A DNA stretch of 64,000 nucleotides. It comes from Octopus vulgaris (taxonomy: Eukaryota). Under the pieces are notes generated by a model that saw nothing but the letters and a program-made list of their open reading frames with translations, was not told the DNA's origin and made no database searches. Location: contig OX597831.1 in assembly GCA_951406725.2 (NCBI GenBank), positions 47,368,001 through 47,432,000 on the forward strand, written 5' to 3'. The position numbers and the translations under genes were made by a program. This document shows, one piece after another, positions 14,401-27,090 of this stretch. The stretch's first letter is position 1; each line of letters begins with the position of its first letter.

Positions 14401-17400
14401 TCCTGTCTGAAGAGATTCACGAGGACATGTATAGAGTTCTAAATTTTAAGTGCATTTTTTTAATGTATCAAACTACATCTTTTTAATCCATGTAATTCAT
14501 ATAGCCTCATAAGGACAGAACCTCTCAGAGGCCTTTAATCCATCATCTTCATTATACATTTACCACATTGCATTGTGAGAGCCCCTACATGGTTGCTCAA
14601 CTTACTAGAAGTAGCATCCATTTCTTTCTTTTTAAGCCCTCCACTCCCTATCAATCATAGGCCATCGGCAACTTTCTGCTCTGTTCTCAAATTTAGGGTA
14701 TCTTTTCTGCTTCTCTCCAGCTGGATCCCTTATTTTTCAGCTCTGCCTTAGTGTCCTGTCTCCAGCTATTTTAAGAACATTTTCTCTTCCATCTTCTTTT
14801 GGTTTCCCTAAGGGAAGGCCTTCCTTTCCCAGGTCTTGCTAGTTTGGGATTATCATTGATGCTTCTGTAACTTTCCTTTTTCACTAGGTAGGGGTGTTAG
14901 CCCAATGCAAACCCATTTTTACCTCTGGCAAGATGTGGTCCATATCATCCTGGCCTCCATCCTTTGATATGTCCAGTATGGAGAGGTCCTACCTGGAGCT
15001 TGTGCCCCACTAACATAGCTCTCAGTGTCATCAAAGCACACAAACCATCATGCCGCAACAAGGACTGGACTTGATGGTCATGGTTGGAATACCTTTGATC
15101 AGTGTTGATCTGTACCTAAAAAAAAATATCAAAATAATCTGGGTGTTATTTTTAAGTATTGTATTATTTGATTTTAAGTAATGACTGTAATTTTTATTTT
15201 ACTGTAATTTGAGAAACTATTATTGTTTTTAAATCTAATTCCAGATCAGGATATTGATGACAATATTATGTCAGAGGAATTTTATAATGAAGACAATAGT
15301 CCAAATTTAAATTTAGTAAAGTCGCCGTCGTCTGGAGATGAGACCAGTTGGATTACTGTCAATATGGATTCATCAGTTAATTCAAATGAAACTGTGCGAT
15401 CAATTTCAAAAAGCCCATCTCAAAGTAGTCTTTCAGAAGAAATTTTTACAGATACCAGTAAATTTTATAGCTCTTGTACAGTATGTGGGCAGCCATTGGA
15501 CAGTGTAGAGAAAATGTCTTCCTTTGAAGATACATGTTCCGGTAAAGAAAGTTCTGTTGAGCATTTTTGTACTTGTTTTCATTCCTTGTCTTCTGAAGTT
15601 GTGAGTCCTACCAAAGTAGCACAACTGCAATTAAATGGTGTTAGCTCTTTGAGCCCACCTCTAAAAACTCATTTGTTCCATCCTGAACATTCTGGACACA
15701 AAAAAATTAGTGATGTAATGGAGTATTCTCTAATGGTTAATCAATTTGGTAATGGAAATTTGTCTCAGTTAGGAGGAATGCAGAGTTCTTCAAAAGACAG
15801 TGAATTAAATTTGGAAGATATTGCTGCTGCTGTGGCAGAGGCTGAAGCCAAAAGATTTCAAACTAATGTCTTTAAATCGGATCTTATCAGTTCTGGTCTC
15901 TCCCTTGATTGGAATTCACCAGATGTACAAAAGCAGATCAACTTCATTGATTTTCAAGCACAGGTGAGTAAAGAATTCACTTAATGGTTCTGTCAATAAA
16001 TTTTATTTACTGACAGGTACAGGTATGGCTGTGTGGTAAGAAGTTTATTTCTCGGTTACATAGTTTCACGTTCAGTCCCACTGCATGCACCTTGGATAAG
16101 TGTCTTTTACTATAGCCTTGGGCTGATCAAAGTCTTATGACTGGATTTGGCAGACAGAAACTGAAAAAAGCCCATCAGGTACGTACGTGTGTGTGTGTGT
16201 GTGTGTGTTACTGTTTTCTTGCCTTGACTTTACATGAGAGTCATAAATGAGTGTCATTGTCATGCAGGTAGTGTCCTTCATTTCTAATGCTTCGGGAAAA
16301 CGTCTGGTCATGGGGAATATAACCAGGTGAATGTTAGTGACAGGAAGGGCATCCATCCATAAAAAAATTTTGCTTCAACATATTCCATCTGACCCATGCA
16401 AGCATAGAAAATTGGACGTTAAGATAATGATGATGATGATGATGATGATGATAATAGTTAAATGCTTCTTACTGGAAGTAGAGAATATTTGTTTTTGTTT
16501 AACCCCAACTCAATCTTAATTGAATAGAACTGTGATTGAAGACAGGCATTCAAAGAATGAAATTTTCTATAGAAATAGCAAAATCTGAACTGGTAGAAAA
16601 CAAGAGCAGAATACGAAATATGCAAACAAGTAAGATCTGTCGCTCTCTGACAGGTTTATGGTTGAGCCTGTGGTAGTGGAGACCTCTGGTGTCCTTAGCC
16701 CCTGAACCATATCCATGCTCACCACTATTAGGGTGGAGATGGCTATCTGCAAGTGCAAGCCCCTTGAGTCAGAGTGGGTGTTCCAGTGTAACTCCCTTAC
16801 CATCCTCCGGGGCAATGTCTTTTCCATTCTGTCTGTCGGGACCATGAAGCAGTCTGAATTACAGGAAATGGCAAGAATCTAAGAATTTCGAAACTTATTA
16901 TGCGAACAATAAAGTTACACTAGCACTTCTCAATGCAGAGAAGTAGTGGCTTGGTCTTAGTAAGACAGGTTAGTTGGTTGGTGTTGGGTAGGGATCAGGT
17001 GGGTGTTACTGTTGTTGACCTGGAATGCTTTTGATTGTAGGTGTGTTTGTTTTGATCATAGGTTTAACTTTCACCTAGGTCTAAGCAGTAACCACAACAA
17101 TGGCAGCTGATACTTTATCAACCACAAAGGATAAAGGGAAAAGTTGACATCAGTAGAACTGTGAATAGAAAATGTAAAGAGATAATAAGTACAATGCATT
17201 TCTGGTTGAGTAGACCTATGCTTAAAAACCGCATTCTAACTGTGGCCATCCTGCCTTTAGAGACAATAAGTCTCAGATTACCTTCTTTTCTACTCTAGGC
17301 ACAAGGCCCAAAATTTTTGGAGAGGGAGCTAATTGATTAGATCAACCCCAATATGTAACTGGTACTTAATTTATCGACCCTGAAAGGATGAAAGGCAACT

Positions 17401-20400
17401 CAGAACGTAAAGACAGACGAAATACTGCTAAGCATTTCGCCCGGCGTGCTAACATTTCTGCTAGCTCCTCGTCTGTCTCTGATTATCTTAACAAAAAAAC
17501 AAATAAGATAATGGCATGTGATTCAAGAGAGATATGACTGCTATTTTAGCAGGTCAGGCAACCATATAGAAGTTTTTTTTCTTGTTGATTTATTAGTATT
17601 TTCACATATGGTGGCAGTGGTGAAACTTCTGGTATTACTCACCAGATAATGGTGATAATGGTAATAATTGTGCTGACTGCTGTAGAATCAGTTACTCTTT
17701 TATGTTTTTTACTGGTTACAGTCATTAGAATATGGCCATGCTGGGGCAATGCTTTCAAGTGTTTTCTGTCTTCCATATTAACTCAGACTTTGCCCTGATC
17801 CATGTCAGACCAAACTGGAGCATATACTTTTCTGGTTCTTGTGGAAAGGACATGTTCTACTAGTCAGATGGTCTGGTCCATCTGTTGCTTGTGCCCTCTG
17901 GACATGTTCTACTATTCAGATGGTCTGGTCCATCTGTTGCTTGTGCCCTCTGGGTGGCAGGCTCAGCATGCCATAGTTCTTAATGTGCAAACACATGTTT
18001 CAGTTGCACCAATTACAGATTTTCCTGGATGGTGACCTGGTGTGATCTCTGTTTGTTAGAAATGCTTTTCATTTTTATTTTATTAATCCATTTTTGTATT
18101 GAGTGGCTAAGTTAAGTTACCTTTCTGATACTGCATTTGTTTTTTTGTTTTTTCTCAGTAGTCTCTTATGCTAAACACATGTATACAACCATGGACGCAA
18201 ACAAACATATTGTTTTTGGTGGCATAAAAAGATGCACAGATGTTTTAGGTGCAGCCCAATATCAGTGGCAAATATCTGGTAGAATATTAATGTCAGGAAC
18301 AAAATTAGTTTGTGGGAGGTCCAACTTCGCATATAAGACCCAAGGGGATCTTTTGAAGCATTTTTTTTTGGCAAAAAAAAGAAAGAAAGAAGTGCGTATT
18401 ATATGTCATCAAACATGGTACATCCTTATTGTCATCATCATTTTATGTCCACATTCCATGTTGACATGAGTTGGATGGTTTGTCACTTCCAAGTGTGTTT
18501 TTTTTATTTAGACTTATTGCCCTCATCAATGGGTCAAGGTTCACATCTTGATCAAAGTGCTGCACAGTAAGATTGACCCCAGAACCATTTTGTTACAAAG
18601 AAAACTTCTTAACTGCACAACCATGCTTAAACTTATATCATTATTAATATTATTATGTGCTGTTGTTTACACAGAATTTGTGTTTGGACTGATTTAATTA
18701 TGGTTCCTATTTACCACAACTTGTGGTCAAAGATGAGGAGCATTTTGTAATCTCTGTATAAACTCTGTATAAAAGCTTTTTGTTTCCTCTTCATATCTGT
18801 TCTTGGGGACTTTCTGGATAATTCTTGCAGAACCTAGTCGACATGTTTTCGACACTGCACCTACTTCCATTTTAATACCAAGATTTTAAGATTTGTTTAA
18901 AATATTTGTTATTGTTTGCAAGGCTCCAGTAATTATTGCTATCTTCTCTGTTCCAGCACCTGAGAATTTCATACTTCAAGTTGGTATACTGCTCCACTTT
19001 TTGCCTTTCCTTCCTTTTTTACTCTAGTGTCAAATGGGCATTCTACATCTGTTTGTGATGTATATTTTCTGATCTGTTGTGTTCTTTTCTTCTTTTCTTT
19101 TGGATCATATTGGAAAGTCCCACAACAACCTCATTTCATCATTTTTGAGTGCTTGCATTTCTATTTCTACAAAATGGTTATAGCTCTTCCCTCTGTATGC
19201 AAACCCAAATTTCCTGCAAAAATTCTAGTGAATTATTGCAGCAATTTTATTACATCGACAGTATATATCCATTCCATGCTAACTGTGAGCTACAATTTTG
19301 TTTGAATCATTTCTTATTCTACACTGCTAATCTATCATCTACTTAATTCAATTTAACCCTAGAACCAGTTCCTGTGCTCCTAAGATCACTCCTTCTGACT
19401 CTTTCTTCAAAACACCTTTCTTTAGTCAGCCCGTTTTTCTTTATCTGTACTGTTTTAAAAAAATGTTGAGTGAAACTTCTTTCTTTCAAAGTTTGATTTT
19501 CTTTTTCCCACATTTTCTTGTTTTCTCTTTTTGTGTTCTGCACATTCTGTAAACAGTCTTTTATTTACCATCTTCTTAACGAGTGGTTCTTTCTCTTCTG
19601 GATAGCAACTCAGACTTGTCTCGTCTAGTTGTGCTACTTCTTCAACTCTCATTAAACCTCTTCTCTCACTTCATCTCCATCATGCTATATTTGTCTTTTG
19701 TATTCAGTCTCACTTAGAAATGGGTTGAGAGGAAATTATCCCTGAAATGTCAAGCAGAAATAGCGAATGTGCACATTGCCTCTTTAATAACCTATCATCT
19801 GACTGTTGTCCTTTGCCCTGATCCATGTCAGACCAAACTGGAGCATATACTTTTCTGGTTCTTGTGGAAAGGACATGTTCTACTAGTCAGGTGGTCTGGT
19901 CCATTTGTTGCTTGTGCCCTCTGGATGGCAGGCTCAGCATGCCATAGTTCCTAATGTGCAAACACATGTTTCAGTTGCACCAATTACAGATTTTCCTGGA
20001 TGGTGAGCTGGTGTGATCTCTGTTTGTTAGAAACGCTTTTCCACAGCTCTGCTCTTTGACAAAGCTACAATCCTGGGTCAAGAAAAGACCAAGATTAGAT
20101 GTCAGGCACTCACTGTTTTCTGCCAGTCAGACAATACTGTCTGGAAGTTCTGTGGTAGCAATATATAAAGATCTAGTGATAGGTAAGAGCAATGACTAGC
20201 TGGTGTATTTCAGAGAAGTTTCAAACCATGTACTATTGTGGATTACTTCTAGAAATCCTTGGCCTGGCAGTGCTATTAAGGAGCATTGCCAGTTCAAGAT
20301 AAACTCTGAAGCACTGTCAAGCAGGAATGTCTGAGATGCACACACAATGAAGAAACCATTCTGCATGCACTTGTGCAGTATCCGAGTATTGCTGACTTGT

Positions 20401-21762
20401 GGAATTATGTCGAACAACAGCTGTTATCATATGTAGGACGAATCTGACTATCAGCTGAAGCCATTGTGAGGACCAGCCCACCACCACTTTTAACAAGGTT
20501 GGGTAGCTGGTATTCCTCTGTTTAGTGGCTATGCCAAAAGAGGTTATGTTGTGGACAAGGCTGAAGGATCAAGGAAAGACACCTTCCTCTTCAGTCAAGC
20601 TCTCGTTGACATAGTTTTAAGGAAAGTGAGCGTGGAGAGGGAAGTGCTACCTCCCAATGAATTTGTGGAAGGATGAGTGACTGTGACAACAGTGGTTAGA
20701 ATGAATGGCCCTGTAGATTGGAGAGCAGGAGAGAGGGCTTGTACCATTGGTAGCCAGGGTAATCCTGGATCTATGGGGTTCCTTGATTAGCCCTAGTTGG
20801 AGTTTCTACTTTATCAGGAAGACTGCATCATTCATGTTATCACATACTTTGTATACTATGTATACTTTTATAGTATTCCACTGTCTTTTCCATCTTTCTT
20901 CCCATCCTTTGTGTAAATCCTGCACAAATTGTTTTCTGTCCTTCGAGTGTCCCTCTCATTTATGTCCCTGTGACTAAATCATCATCATCATTATCATCCT
21001 CATCATCATCATCATTATTATTATTATTATTAAGGTGGCAAGCTGGCAGAATTGTTAGTGTGCTAGACAAAATGCATAGTGGCATTTTGCCCATTGCTAT
21101 ATTCTTTTCAGGGTCAATAAATTAAGTACCAGTGAAATACTGGGATCGATGTAATGGACTTGTCCCCTCCCTCAAAATTTCAGGCCTTGTGCTTTTAGTA
21201 GAAAGGATTATTATTATTGTTCTTGAGTGAGAGAGCAGTGCATGCCATCAAAGTGACACTGGGCTAAAATATATGAAACCTGATATACCCATCAAGACTA
21301 GGGTACACCAGACACATGCAACACAACCATATGCGTGTGGCATAGTGATCTCATATCAAGACAAACAGTGCATGATCTTGCAGGCGGGCCCCAGTTAGAA
21401 TTTTCTTCAGAAGTAGCTCATCCCACTCAAAAGGTCCTGGAATAAGGGTTGTTTAAGAATATTGAACGGAACATCCATGTTTCCAGAGGTGAATTATTCA
21501 AACCTCAAAAAATTCCTCTCAACACATGGCTATGATGCTCCTCCACTACTTCTGCTCATGATCAGAGATGCACATATCGTCAGCCACTAAGGGACATGCT
21601 CAACTGGTTAAGGTCAAACAACTGAGAAGCAAATCTGTGGTACTGAGCAGAATATTTGCTGTAGCCCATCTTTTATACCAAGAGAAAACAGGTACATGAT
21701 AACACTTCCAATCAGTTTAGATCAGAAGCTATGAGAGCCAGTGCCTGGTACTGCATCGGGGC

Positions 21763-21804
<42 letters not shown>

Positions 21805-21909
21805 CATTATCATTTATTTTCATCATTATTATAATTATTATTATCATTATCATTATTATTATTATCATCATTATCATTATTATTATTATCATTATCATTA
21901 TTATTATTA

Positions 21910-21943
<34 letters not shown>

Positions 21944-22018
21944 CATTATTATCATTATCATTATTATTATTATCATTATTATTATCATTATTATTATTAT
22001 CATTATTATTATTATTAT

Positions 22019-22055
<37 letters not shown>

Positions 22056-25000
22056 CATCATCATTCTTCTTCTTCTTCTTCTTCTTATTATTATTATTAT
22101 TATTATTATTCTATGTTTGACTTTTGCTTTATATTTGTACAAGTTGGCTCCAAGTCTCACCCAGAGACCTCAAGAGACAACAGGTTGGAAGTTCATGTTG
22201 TTGTTATGCCTAGTGTGCCATATATTTGGCTTTGTATTTAGTGTTGTACTAGTGTTATTATTATTATTATTATTATTATTTCAACAGTTATTATGTGAGT
22301 TTTTACTCTACCACCATGTTCTTAAGGCTTGTTGCCACATTGTCTTCTAACAATGAAGAACCATTTGTATTCTAAATCGTATTCATTTACTTGTCCAATT
22401 CAGTTTTGTTGTTTTTGTTACTATTTTAATGTTCCACCTGCTGTGTAAAGTATGTGCATTGTGTCGTGTTATTTTCATGGGTGGTGTTTGTGTTTCATAT
22501 GTGCGCTTTGACTGGTGTTGAGTTTTAGTGTAGAGTGCATTTGTATAGCATTAATGGGTTGCATCTGCAAGTTGATAGTGTTGTCATGACAAGTGTCAAT
22601 TATGTAAGAAAAAAAGGAGTGTGTTGTGTTATTTTATTCACCTTGTAATGTGAAGTTACACTCTCAACATTCTCTCTCTCTCTTCAGCTGAAGAAGCCAT
22701 GTAATATCTTCTTCTGCAAGATACTCATTCCTTTCTCTCTATCATACTTACACTTGCTTCAATACTATATCTAACAAAATTGGGAGGTTTTTGTCTTGTG
22801 AGTACTTGTGATCTCATTAGTGCCAGTGTCACAATAAATGCACCCAGACACTCTGATTTTTACTATGTAATTTTTTTCTGCTATTGTTATTTCATAGTAA
22901 GGTATACTAGCCATCTCAATATGGCTAACCACTAAGGGTGGGTGTTACTGTAGCTTGTAGCCCCAGGAGATCATCGTCTCCAGCTGGCTTTAGGCACACT
23001 TTCTGTGTCCTTATGGTATTTGCAAAGGTTGATGAGGGAGGGATGACCTCCCTTTGCAAATACCATAAGGGCACAGAAAGTGCGCCTAAAGCCAGCTGGA
23101 GACGATGATCTCCTGGGACTACAAGCTACAGTAACACCCACCCTTAGTGGTTAGCCATATTGAGATGGCTAGTATACCTTACATTGTCGTGCAGTTACTG
23201 TCTACATCTCGTTCAGAGATTTATTATTTATTTCATAGTAGTTTTCTATTTATCTCGACCCTTACTCTTTCACTTGTTTCAGTCATTTGACTGTGGCCAT
23301 GCTGGAGCACTGCCAAACAAATCGACCCCAGGACTTATTCTTTGTAAGCCTAGTACTCATTTTATCAGTATCGGTTGTCAAGCGATGTTGGGGGGACAAA
23401 CACAGACACACAAACATATACACACACACACACACACACATACATATATATCTACATATATACGACGAGCTACTTTCAGTTTCCCTCTACCAAATCCACT
23501 CACAAGGCTTTGGTCGGCCCGAGGCTATAATAGAAGACACTTACCCAAGGTGCCACACAGTAGGACTGAACCCAGAACCATGTGGTTTGTAAGCAAGCTA
23601 CAAACCACACAGCCACTTCTACGTGTAATATATTCTATCTTAATTAGCTCTGGAGTGATGATTTCAAACCACTGTTAGTAGTTTACTGGATTTTCTGTTT
23701 AAGGTCCCCATTGCATTCAACTTCCAGTTTGTTGTAATGGAGACAACTGTAGTTTATAACTAGTGTATTTATGCCCACTATTTTAATTCTAATACTAAGT
23801 TTAGTTTGTAATATTAGTCTGTCTCTAAGGCAGTGAGCTGGTAGAATCGTTAGCATGCCAGGCAAATGCTTAGCAACATTTTGTCTGTCTTTATTTTCTG
23901 AGTTCAAATTCTGTGAAGGTTGACTTTGCCTTTCAACCTTTTGCAGTAGATAAAATAAGTACCAGTTGAATACTGGAGTTGATCTAATTGACTTACCCCT
24001 TCCCCCGAAATTGCTGGCCTTGCACCAAAATTTGAAACCAATATTAATTTGACTCTGAGGCAGAATCATTAGCATGCCAGGCAAAATGCTTAGCGACATT
24101 TTACCTGTCTTCACATTTTGAGTTAAAAATCTGCTGAGGTTGACATTGCTTTTCATCCTTTTGGGGTTGATAAAATAAGTACCAGTTAAACACTGGGGTC
24201 AATGTAATCAACTTATCCCTTCTGCTGAAATTACTGGCCTTGTGTCAAAATTTGAAATCAGTATTAGTCAGACTCTTCTGTAGCATTGTTTCTTTATACC
24301 CTCCTTAATTTCTGTGTGTTGTATGTTTTTTTTTTTTCACTTCCAGGATATTTTTTGCTTATTGATATCTTGCTTAGTTTGTAATATTAGTCTGTCTCTA
24401 AGGCAGTGAGCTGGTAGAATCGTTAGCATGCCAGGCAAATGCTTAGCAACATTTTGTCTGTCTTTATTTTCTGAGTTCAAATTCTGTGAAGGTTGACTTT
24501 GCCTTTCAACCTTTTGCAGTAGATAAAATAAGTACCAGTTGAATATCTTGTATCTTTTACTAGTTTCAATAATAGACTGTGGCCATGCTGGGGTACTGCC
24601 TTGAATTTTTAGTTGAATGAATCAATCCCGGTACTTATTTATTTTTTTTAAGCCTAGTACTTATTCTATTGGTTGCTTTTGCTTACTGGGACATAAACAC
24701 ACCAACACCAGTTGTCAAGTGGTGATGGGGGACAAACACAGACACACACACATAGATGTATAATATATGATGGGATTCTTTCAGCTTCCATTTACCAAAT
24801 GCACTCACAAGGCTTTGGTTGTCCCAAAGCAATAGTAGAAAACACTTGCCCCCAAAGTGTCATGCAATGGGACTGAACTTGAAACTAGGTGGTTGGGAAA
24901 CAAGCTTCTTGTCTGTGCCAATGTACTAATGTACCTTTTGTGTTTGAGCCCCCATTTTTAACTTTTTCATATTGGATCCCACCATTTTTATTTCATTAAG

Positions 25001-27055
25001 TAAAGATAGTTCCTTTCTTTTTTTCTTACTTGTATGTGTTTATATTTTCTTTCCATTTTTGTTGGGTAAGGTTTCAACAAGCGCCCATATCTGGTTCCAA
25101 CCTATTTTTCCTTGCTTCTATCTCTGCTGCTAAATCAATCAATCAGGTCATCCTATCTGTCAATATTCAGGCATTTCATTGCTGTGTATAGAATTTTTTG
25201 CATGGCCCTGTTACATTTATCTATTTTCTCATAGCTGCTTCTTCAACTTCAGCCTGGACTGTGTTTTTGTTGATCCACGTTCATTGATTTGACAATGTTC
25301 GCTTTTTCTTTTCTTTATTGATTTTGCTTAGGCTCTCTCTCGCTGTTGTAATGTGATTTGTGTTTTGATTTATTTTTGCTGTTAGGCAAGACCTCTCAAG
25401 AGACATTCTGCAAAGTAACAAAGTAAAACAAAACTTTTTGCCCCCACTCCTCTTTACCCCTTCACAAAATTCAGGGAGGCTGTGAGTTTTTTTTTTTTTT
25501 TGTGCTTTTGTTTTTGAGAGAAGGGGCTTATTAGATATTCATAGGCTCCAACCTGGCTTTAAAGGACTTGGCTAAACCCCACTTACATCAGCTCTGTTGT
25601 TTGGTGTGAGGGTCAGAAGTATGCTCTTGTTCATCATCATCATCATTTATCTCCCACTTTTCCTTACTTGCATGTGTCACATGGAATTTATCGAGGTAGA
25701 TTTTTCTATGGCTGGATGCCCTTCCTGTTGTCAACCCTTGCCTGTTTTCAAGCAAGGTAATATTTCTCCATAGCTAGATGCGTTTTTCATGAACATCCTT
25801 CAATGTATTATAATGATGCTCATTTGCAACCATCCTGCAATATCTAGGCAAGGGTGTATACACACACACAATGGGCTTCTTTCAGTTTCTGCTTATCAAA
25901 TCCACTTAACATAGCTTTGGTCAGCCCAGGGCTTTAGTGGAAGACACTGTCCAAGTTGCCACACACTGGGACTGAACCAAAAAATCTGCATGGTTGGGAA
26001 GTAAGCTTCTCAACCACACAGCCACACTTGTTATGACTAAAGCATTTGGTGTTAGGAAGGGCATCCAGCATCTGCTAAAAATAGACACTTAGAGCCTCGA
26101 CAGCTCTTCACTTGTCCAGTTCCTGTCAAACCATCTACCCCATGCCAGCATGGGAAACAGACATTAAATGATGATGATGTGTATTTGGTTGAGTGTTTCT
26201 ATGTGATAGTGGTGTTTGGAGATATCTATACCCTCTCATCTTTTTGGATTTGTTTTTTTTTTTTTCTTCTCTATGTTGCTTTACTGTAATGTCTTAATAG
26301 TATCGTGTGTAGTGACTTTTGTATTATTTTCACTATATTGTAAGTGCACTTGTCACTGTTGTGTTCTTGTATCATTTTTCCGGGTCTTGCATGTTTTGTG
26401 TGTGGTGGGTTATATAATGATGTTTTTATAGGTTTGTTGTAGGTGATATTTTTTTACATACAGTTGACTGTTTTGTTTGATTTTTCAATCTTTATTCTGT
26501 TTATAGTTTGTTTTCAATTTTGGGCATTTCATTATTCTTTTATTGTGAATATCTATAGTCATGAGTATGTCAGTGTATTTACTGTAATAGTTTTCTTCAC
26601 AACAGAATCATCAGAGCTTTTTATTCAATGTTATGTTATGTTTGTGTTGGCTCTCTGTGTTCTGACTTCAAATCCTCTTGAAAGTCAATTTGCTTTTCAT
26701 CCTTTCAGGGTCAATAAAATAAATTACCAGTTAAGTACTGAGGTTGATAGTATCAGCTAACCACCACTTCTCAAAAAAACTGTTGGACTTATGCTTAAAT
26801 TAGAAACAACCCTCCTCTTCCCTTGCTTTAATTTGAAGTATCTGCACACAAGTCTCAACTAAAGACATCAAGGGACAACAAGTTATTTGCATTTAAAGAT
26901 GCAAAAAAATATTTGGGTATCATGCAGTTGAAAAACTGATGTTTGTGTGTTATATATACAAAAGAAAAAGTTACTTTTTTTATAAAATTTATTATACAAC
27001 TGAATGAATAAGATTGTATTTATTACTTTTTTTGTTATAATTATTTAAAAGTATA

Positions 27056-27090
<35 letters not shown>

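Noticed and set aside
21722-22350. Long ORFs of poly-Ile/Tyr/Asn/Leu (also 60820-61332, 57461-57897, 6868-7206)
   Set aside because: Translations of (ATT)n and (TA)n microsatellites.
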